A DNA stretch of 64,000 bases from Magallana gigas (taxonomy: Eukaryota), in assembly GCF_963853765.1 (NCBI RefSeq), contig NC_088861.1:30194001-30258000 (forward strand), given 5' to 3'. A model generated the notes under the pieces. The model had not been told where the DNA came from, did no database searches, and saw only the letters and a program-made list of their open reading frames with translations. Shown here piece after piece: positions 55,856-64,000 of this stretch (its first letter is position 1; every line of letters begins with the position of its first letter). The translations under genes and the position numbers were made by a program.

Positions 55856-56914
55856 TGCCTGGGATTTGTGCGTTGTATTCCACCGGCTTATCATTACGAC
55901 AGATGCGTACGGTAAGATCAGTTTTATATGTTTAAGATAAATGTTTACATCCACCAAGAATGATTCCCTCTTTTTCTTACGGAAAATGATTGTATTGCGT
56001 TTAATGTATCATTTTTCTTCGAGGATGGTGGTTAAAATTAAAATTGTAGCTACAGGAGTGACTTATAGGAAATTTTGCAAATATTAAATAAAAACTTAAA
56101 TAATACGCTATTTTTCTGATATTGTATTACTTTGATAGCACACGCTGTTTTAGTTTTATGATTCAGACTCAAAGTCTGTATTCTTTCAAAAAATTGCATA
56201 AAAAATGGCTAAAATTTCAAGTGACAATGTCTGTTAAAAACGATATTGATGATAAAAGAGCCACTACATAACTCTTCTTTTAACCAAATAGTATGAGATT
56301 AATATTTGTTTAAGATTGACAAAAAAGAACATTTCTTATTCAAGTGAACTGCTGTCCAGGTAAACAAACAATTTTGAATGTAGTAGTATCATTCGGCACA
56401 TGAATGAAATGATTCAAAGCGGTTGTACAGTGTGTTGTTATTACATGTAGTATCAAACCATTTATAGCCTATTCCCTTCGGATGCTCGGGTCGGCAGTAA
56501 GGATACAATACTGCCTGGGCTGACGGGCTTGTACATAGAAGTAGTACCCACGAACGACAACTGTCTGATAAGAAATAAAATAATTTTACCAGGGGGGACG
56601 GTTCTCCCATCGAGTTTCCATTCCTGGATCGAATTTGTTATGTGCTCGTTGTCTTTCTTCTTTGGTAAATAAATAAAATTGCTTTGGGGTTCCAAGTTGA
56701 CAACATTACGACATTATCAATTAAATGGGAAACTGTTTCTAGATCAGTCTGTAACTCAGTGTCAGAACGCTCGGATTCATTAATTACAGAATTTCACGTA
56801 GAACTGGAATTTATATCAGCAGGCACCTGTACATCGCGGACTACAGTAACCTCACCAAAGCAAGCGTATGTGTTCTTTGTTGTTTTTAACAAGCTAGAAT
56901 TTTCTGAACAATGA
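55856..56914 (+). pseudogene. Decayed multi-exon gene remnant, copy 2
   Basis: Exon 55856-55911 (CLGFVRCIPPAYHYDRCVR|GTAAGA). The acceptor before the middle exon reads GG instead of AG and that exon has a 2-nt deletion. The last segment is open to 56914. Confidence 0.4.
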
Positions 56915-57882
56915 CCAACCAGATCAAAATTTATGATATATTAATGTGAAAAAATTTGGCAATCTGACCTGTTTGAATTATCTGTGTAAAAAATCAACTT
57001 CCTCAACATAATGATAGTTTATCAACTAAAGATAAGTATATAATCCCAACTTCACAGTTGTTACAGAAAGTAAAATGTTGTTTAATTATCATGTCAAATT
57101 CTTTTGAAAAAGGGAGTAAATAGATAAATGAATGATAAGAATTTTACAGACTGCATGCATGTTATAGGTACATGTACGTTGCATTTGAGGGAGAAGAGCG
57201 GGAGTGGCCTGCAACCCCAAGAACTTTTTCTCGTAGCAAACATTTTTATTACGGTAGGTATCCCAAATTTATTATTACCCCCTCTCCCCACACATTTTTT
57301 GAGCATGTAAAAAATTGAAGTAAAAGTACAAACAAACCTCCACCCCCACCACCTCCCCGAATTATGATTTGCATGATTTTCGATTTAAAAAAAAAAAATA
57401 AATTATTTTTTGCTTTTCGAGATTTGTTGGATGAGACGGCCTTTTCCCCCAACCCCTTCCCAAAACGATACTAAGTGTGAAAATTTTTGTACATTTATTT
57501 TTGAATATAACGCTAAACAAAAGTATCATTTTATGAAGATTATAAAAGTTTTAATTTATTTAAATCGTTGTCCAGTTGTTGTGAAAGTCGAGACACGTAC
57601 TGATTCTGATTCAAATGATTGACAGAAAGAGATGTATAGCTTCTGTGTACTCCAACTGTAGATACCTGTAAAACAGGTAAAAGATGTAGTCTACATGAAA
57701 AAAAACCAAACAAATTAAATGATGAAAAGAGTTCTTGCAGTAGAGGGAGTGCTTATTGCTAGGGAGAGGGCGAATTAAGTTTTTATAACTTGTGCCCAAT
57801 CCCATTGTAATATATAATGCAATAAAATATGTTCAAATCAGTGCTTATTGCATCTGTGAAAAAATGAACAGAAACTTCCATA

Positions 57883-59368
57883 TACGAGGGTTGTTAGAAA
57901 AGTTCGCAAACAAAGTGATTTATGGAAAAATTACTGTGTACTTTGTAGGATGACGTATTTCTTATTAAATGATTGTCAAATAAGTATGCAACAAATCATA
58001 TGATTTTGATAACTCGTACAGAATATACAGCGATTTTTAGTATGTGTGATTTAGATTTACGGAGCGCCATTTCATATTTCCACGACGTCATGTGACGTCA
58101 AACACCTGTCACGCTTTTTCACATGTATACATCTTTAAGTTTTATACATTTTTTATGTCATTTAACCCATTCATAAAATGCTCCTCCATATCGTTATTTG
58201 TCAAGATTTTGTATAATGTCTTTTGTGTCATATCGTAGATCATTTAGGTCCGAAAATCTCTGTCCAATGTTTCGATAAAGCAAATTCCCTTGGTGCAAGA
58301 CTCGGGTTGTATTGAGAAAACTGAAAAAAAAACTGAACTTTATTTATTTTACAACGATTGATAAACAAGTTCTACAACTTATATTAATATCTCTCGTTGG
58401 CACGGATGTTAGCGCGAGGGGGTCATTGGTGTGGGAAGAAGCCGGAGTACCCGGAGAGACCCGTTGTATTGAGACGGGGAAGGGGTGTGGGTTGCAGCAA
58501 GAGCCCAAAATATCAGTCCTTCTTCCATCTTTAAACATCTGATTCTATTTGTAAACCATTACTCTTGACAAATGTAGACCATCTCTAGCAGCATTTAAGA
58601 AAGTGTTGGTCTCATCGGAGATTTTCCTACCTACATTTAAAATTTAATGAAGGCCCGGTGCTCCAAGCTTGTGGACAGGGTTGTGCACTACACTCCCCCC
58701 CCCCCCCCCACCCCCACTTTACCAATGCTTTTATTAAATAAAATGGGGAAACGAGTGTGAATATAAAATGTTACCGAGTCGTGATAATTCTGTTATTTTT
58801 CTACTTGAGACATGTATAAGGGGTTGTTGATGATAATAAATAAAAATTAAAAAAAAATATAGAAAAAAAATTGTAAAGGGTAGGGGTTATGCACGGTCCT
58901 CTCCACAAGCACCTGTGGCTCCAAGATACCCATTGACGTTAATGTTTTTGACTTAATTTTCATGCGCGGGTCGTCCATATTCGGGGATAAAATTGTCAGA
59001 AATTCTTCACATTTTTTTTTTTTTTTTTACAAAATGACCTTCATAAGTTATTTTAATGTTATATAAAATATCGCATATTTTTTATTAGTTTAAACGGTGA
59101 ATTTATTAATAAGTAGAAATGCGTACAAAATATTAAAATATAAAAAGCTGCATGACATGCTCCGTGAAGCATATCTTATCATAATACACGTACATTATGT
59201 AAATAATTAAGCTGTTCAAAAATTTTTATGGTGCATTTAAAAAAAAACAAATCTTTACATATTTATTAGAAATTACGTCAAGTTTAAAACTGAAAAGTTT
59301 CGCTCATATCATGCAATTAGTCCGCTCACAATCGAACTTGTCCACAAACTTTTCTAAAAACCCTCTTA
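57883..59368 (-). mobile_element. Non-autonomous/decayed Mariner-type element, copy 2
   Basis: TACGAGGGTTGTTAGAAAAGTTCGC ... CTTGTCCACAAACTTTTCTAAAAACCCTCTTA. FKDGR remnant in ORF 58344-58538. About 1.5 kb shorter than copy 1. Confidence 0.68.
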
Positions 59369-59797
59369 TATTTTATTAGGCGCTCCCTCATATCCACCAC
59401 TGCATTTTATCACGTGACGGTCACACGTGTCTAGACGGAGCGTAGCAAACAGACCAGGAAGTAAAATACCTGAGCCGCCAAGTTGGAGAGTGAAGGTTTG
59501 TGATTTGTTTATACACAAATGACCGGTGTTTAATGAGTTTTGAATAACAATTGTTTTGCAGATTTTATCAGAGAAATACACTGTTTTATTTGAAATCGCT
59601 AAATAAAGTCAAAATGAGCGAAGTAATTATAAATTATTTAAAGGTCATAATAAAGAACGTAAGCTGCCTTATAATTGGTTTAACTTGCACTTGCTAAACT
59701 TCACCTGTGTTTATTTTTTCTGGGCTTTTTCAGATTAAAAACTTAATATATAAGTTGATTTATATTTGTTTTCAGCATGTTCTAAACGAATTTGACC

Positions 59798-61468
59798 ATG
59801 GACCGCCGTACTTGGGCCCAGGATGTGTTACGGTGTCATCTCTGTGAGACCCCGGGGCCCCCTATGTACTGTGACATTTGTCACATTCATCTGTGTGTAG
59901 CCTGCGTGGGTAAACACCTCTTAGATGAATCCAAAGAACACAAAGTGGTAACATTCAAAAAGCGGGGATTTGCACCTGAATGTTCCAAACATTCCAAAAA
60001 ATTGTGTGAACTTTATTGCGAACAATGTAACACTCCTACTTGTGTGCAGTGTGTCTCCTCAGGTGAACATATAGGACACAAACAAGTTGAAATTTTAAAA
60101 AGTCTTGAAACCAAGAAAGAAGTATTACAGAGAGATTTATACGAATTAGAGAACCTGATTTATCCTAAATACCAAGAAATTGTATCTTATATCCCACTTC
60201 AGAAAGCTGATCTGAATAAAAACTCCGTGAAATTAACAACAGCTCTAGACAAACATAGAGAAGAATTGCATAGAGAAATAGACATTGCCATCCAAAAATT
60301 GAAATCTGATGTGGGTGAAATGGATTCCAAACACCTGGTGGTCCTTGACAAGCAGGAAAAGCAAATCAAATGCAGTATATCTGAAATTGAACAGAGCATT
60401 GCTGATCTAAAGAAACTACTGAACTCCAATGATGTCAGCATTGTCTCTGCCTACAAATCAAGGAATGCTGAATTCACAAGATTGCCGCCTAAACTCACAG
60501 TTTCATTACCAAGATTCACCCCTCAGAAAATAAACAAAGAACAGATTTATCAGCAGATTGGTTCTCTGACAGCATTATCCATCAAAACAGAAGAACATGG
60601 CTACACAATGGATTCTCCTGGTGCTGAGTCCTTTCCCCCGGACATACCGCTCATTGATGTACCACGGATCATCACAGATATAAACACCGAGTACGGAGAA
60701 TCTAATAAATTACGTAGTGTGTCCTGTCAGAGTGATGATGAGGTGTGGACGAGTGGTGTGGACAACATGATGAGACTCTACAACCTCCACGGTAAACTAG
60801 TGAAGTCAATCCAAACCAAGTCAGGGTACACACTATTTGACATAGCTGTGACACAGAGTGGTGAACTAGTTTATACTGATCCCTATGATAGAACAGTGAA
60901 CGTAGTGAAGAATACAAAGATACAGACAGTGATCAGACTACAGGGGTGGAGACCTCGCAATGTCTGTAGTACCTCCTCTGGTGACCTCCTGGTTGTCATG
61001 ATCACTGATGATAAGAAACAAGCAAAAGTTGTGCGTTATTCTGACACCACAGAGAAACAAACAATTCAATATGATGACAAAGGACAACCTCTCTATTCAT
61101 CTAATCATTACAGTAAACACATCAGTGAGAACAAGAACCTAGATATCTGTGTAGCTGACAATGGAGCCAGTGCAGTAGTGGTGGTCAATCAGGCCGGCAA
61201 ACTCCGGTTTACCTACACCGGTCCTCCCTCTACTACAAAGAAACCATTTTGTCCAGTCGGCATCACTACAGACAGCCAGGGTCGGATCCTGACAGCAGAC
61301 TTTATCAACCATCGTATCCACATTCTAGATCAGGACGGACAGTTCCTCCGCTACATTGACAACTGTCATTTACAGTATCCATACAATTTATGTGTGGACA
61401 CCAGAGACAACCTCTTTGTGGCTGAGGAGAAAACTGGCAAAGTGAAGAAAATCAAATATTACATGTAA
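59798..61468 (+). CDS. B-box/coiled-coil/NHL-repeat protein (RING-less TRIM2/3/71-like), copy 2, 556 aa
   Basis: Intact paralogue of 49732-51402 with the same domain motifs. ATG at 59798. Confidence 0.92.
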   Translation: MDRRTWAQDVLRCHLCETPGPPMYCDICHIHLCVACVGKHLLDESKEHKVVTFKKRGFAPECSKHSKKLCELYCEQCNTPTCVQCVSSGEHIGHKQVEILKSLETKKEVLQRDLYELENLIYPKYQEIVSYIPLQKADLNKNSVKLTTALDKHREELHREIDIAIQKLKSDVGEMDSKHLVVLDKQEKQIKCSISEIEQSIADLKKLLNSNDVSIVSAYKSRNAEFTRLPPKLTVSLPRFTPQKINKEQIYQQIGSLTALSIKTEEHGYTMDSPGAESFPPDIPLIDVPRIITDINTEYGESNKLRSVSCQSDDEVWTSGVDNMMRLYNLHGKLVKSIQTKSGYTLFDIAVTQSGELVYTDPYDRTVNVVKNTKIQTVIRLQGWRPRNVCSTSSGDLLVVMITDDKKQAKVVRYSDTTEKQTIQYDDKGQPLYSSNHYSKHISENKNLDICVADNGASAVVVVNQAGKLRFTYTGPPSTTKKPFCPVGITTDSQGRILTADFINHRIHILDQDGQFLRYIDNCHLQYPYNLCVDTRDNLFVAEEKTGKVKKIKYYM

Positions 61469-62322
61469 ACAAACTGCGATCAAACTGCAGACAAATTATC
61501 ATACCGCGCTAATGCCGGTATTCAATTTGTCTGCACCGCTTGATGTGTTCTAGGACCGACGACATCCAAAAACAAGCATCCAATGCTCAATAAGATGTTT
61601 CAATATTCACAAAATGTGAAAGGGTATTTTTAGAATATGAGAGAAAGAAATAGAGTGTGTACTGTATGAAGAATAAGTATATTATATCTAATGATTAAGA
61701 TTTTTGAATCATCTGCGGAAAAATTATACTTGTAATTTGTCATAAATGTCTCTCCATTATTGTTTAGATTCCCTATATCTGCAATTTGTCAACTTAACAG
61801 TACAATAAAGATTTTTCAACTGAAATTCTTTCAGTGTTATCTTGTGTATATTCGAATTTTCGAATTTTCCAGCTAGAGAATGAAATATCTATCTAAACCA
61901 ATATGCCTGCCCAGTGTTTCGGTAAGGAGTAGGGTGGGGCCATATTAGGGATCCAATTTTACAAAGAAAAACATCTTTTAAATGCACAAAAACTAAAATG
62001 TTATGATATATTGTTTTACTTATATGAAAGCATTTTGACATATTGCTGATTCTTTAAACTTGTTTAGACGCCCCTGGACAATTCGTAGGGCCTCAATAGG
62101 GGTTCAGAGTTTAATGTAGGTTTATATCCTATAAATAAACAATTGTTTAGGATCTTGTTGAGAACTGCAGTTCTTAAAGTGTGATTTGACTATTAAATCA
62201 TCCTGTTAGAAAAGGGACTTGATTATAAACATAGGAATATTCAGGGGGGAAATGAATTTTTATTTGTACAGGATCGACATGTATTTTTTTATACCGCATT
62301 GATTTTATTATCCTTATTGTTG

Positions 62323-62357
62323 CTCAGGTGAGCGATGTGGCTAATGGGTCTCTTGTT
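62323..62357 (+). repeat. Helentron/HINE 3'-terminal motif (fragment)
   Basis: CTCAGGTGAGCGATGTGGCTAATGGGTCTCTTGTT. The element's 5' extent is not resolved. Confidence 0.5.
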
Positions 62358-63243
62358 TATACATACCCTCTTATTCATAAACTTCCATAAATTAGTTTTG
62401 GTAATTTTCCTCTTCAGCCAATCAGAGTGACGAATGACACCAACGATTCCCACAAAGGCGACAGCATTCTGAAACGAACAAGCAATTTTTATTAAATTAA
62501 ATGAAGAAAACAGATTTTTAAATTTCTGTTTGAAACCATGGAAACGCGCTTAAAATATGTGATTCTCCATGATTTTTTTTCTTTTTCTTTCTTTTGAAAA
62601 ATGACAACTATACTGTCTAATATATTCTACTCTCGAAACCCCAAGTTGTGCACATTTCTCACAATATGTTCTCAAATAAGCATTAAATGCCATTTTTATA
62701 TCTTTACCATTGGTTACCATGGCAACGTGACCACATAACAACAAACAAATGGTGTTAAACTTTTTTACTCCCCAAAGTCTATCAAATTGTCAAGTATGAA
62801 GAAAATCCGTGACTGCGTGGCCATCGAATTTTGATTCTTGCATAGAATTGATCTTATTAGTAGTTTAGATGGTTCAAGCAAATGCACGTGACATTACTGA
62901 TTAATTTAATTTAAGAAGTATTTTATTCACGTATATAAATACATTGAAATGGATTGAACAGCAGGCACAATGCCTATTTATGTTCTCTCCTGAACATTAC
63001 TGATTGACACACGTGCACACACACACACACCCCGTCATAGCCCGCATGAATCACCAAAGTGAGAAAAGGATTTGATCATGTGACCAAATAAGTTCATATA
63101 TCCAGGTTAACTTTTTGACTTTTTAACTCCCGCGTGGAGATCGACAAAAGGAAAACCAATACTTGTGATATAATATATACCTGTAGTTATGTCAAGCAAA
63201 CCTCATTAACCCATGCAAGATATTAAATTTCATCAAAATAATT

Positions 63244-63244
<1 letters not shown>

Positions 63245-63283
<39 letters not shown>
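63245..63283. repeat. (CT)n microsatellite
   Basis: About 19 perfect CT units. Confidence 0.95.
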
Positions 63284-63287
<4 letters not shown>

Positions 63288-63546
63288 TTATATTTTGAGA
63301 TATCGATTTATTCCATGCAGCCTCGATGTCGTAAATATCCGCCAGATTCTGAACCAAGCGTTAACTAAGGCTGAGAGAGGGAATTCTCCAATAAATCGAT
63401 ATTGGTTATGTACAGTTAAAACTCTACCATCGTCAGTACAATGGCGACCAAACATGACGGAATCGTCAACCTAAACGCAAGAGCCGGTGTACCGTGATGG
63501 AAATGATGATGTAGTTTTTGCAGGAACATTTTATGCAGAGGCAAAA

Positions 63547-63680
63547 ATGGAGAACGAGTTCTCTTTTTCATCCCCGGCGTGGAGTAACAACGTACGCGCG
63601 TTTCTATCGCAGTTCTCCGATGTCTTTAGCGCATTTGCGCGTTATATTTCGCCGACCTATCATCATGACCGATGCGAGCG
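63547..63680 (+). CDS. Possible exon of an uncharacterised gene continuing beyond the window
   Basis: MENEFSFSSPAWSNNVRAFLSQFSDVFSAFARYISPTYHHDRCER|GTAAGA. The end of the exon and its phase-2 donor match the decayed exons at 44420 and 55856. Confidence 0.4.
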
Positions 63681-64000
63681 GTAAGAATTACAGAATATTT
63701 AGGATAAAATATTAACGTTTCGGACATGGAATGACATATGATTGCAACGCATCTTACTTTTATTATGTCATTGTGTATACTTCACGAATGAATGAAATTG
63801 AAAGCCCGTGTTTCTCATATCGATTTGTTAATTATTTTGATTGTGGCTGTCATCCTCGTTACAAAGCATGACATTCCGCCCACTTTTCTCATGGGAGAAT
63901 CTCGTCATTACCCAGTTACCAACTGATTACTGCCTAGAATATAAAAGTAAATGTAAATTTAGTTTATGATGGGGTTCTTCAGGTTATTGAAAATGCGTTT

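Larger units (their letters stand above)
55421..61482 (+). repeat. Segmental duplication copy 2
   Basis: Collinear with 44005-51416, with many substitutions and indels. Confidence 0.9.

Overview
AT-rich, intron-containing animal DNA. The B-box/NHL gene type and the repeat landscape suggest a bivalve, probably an oyster (inferred, not proven). Host genes: (1) 3' part of a CEP126/KIAA1377-like gene (+, <1-9645); (2) a complete 8-exon GDP-L-fucose synthase gene (-, 18331-22383); (3) a 4-exon, 218-aa gene of unknown function that the ORF track only partly shows (-, 39818-42589); (4) two tandem RING-less B-box/coiled-coil/NHL (TRIM-like) genes inside a segmental duplication. The main feature is a 13.2-kb Dada-type DNA transposon (24508-37752) inserted in the A box of a tRNA-Lys(CTT) gene. 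The first 13 nt of the tRNA lie at 24495-24507 and the rest at 37753-37818, with an imperfect 6-bp duplication (TGGCTC/TGGCGC). The element carries an apparently intact 15-exon, ~1322-aa DDE transposase. It also has a 3019-bp tandem duplication of its right end that breaks exactly at the terminus, and a 629-bp polypyrimidine tract in each copy. An older, internally deleted relic of the same family lies at 53.1-54.2 kb. Other elements include a Helentron/HINE with an internal satellite and Kolobok-, hAT- and Mariner-type non-autonomous elements. All gene models were assembled by eye from GT-AG sites and reading-frame continuity; no searches were run.
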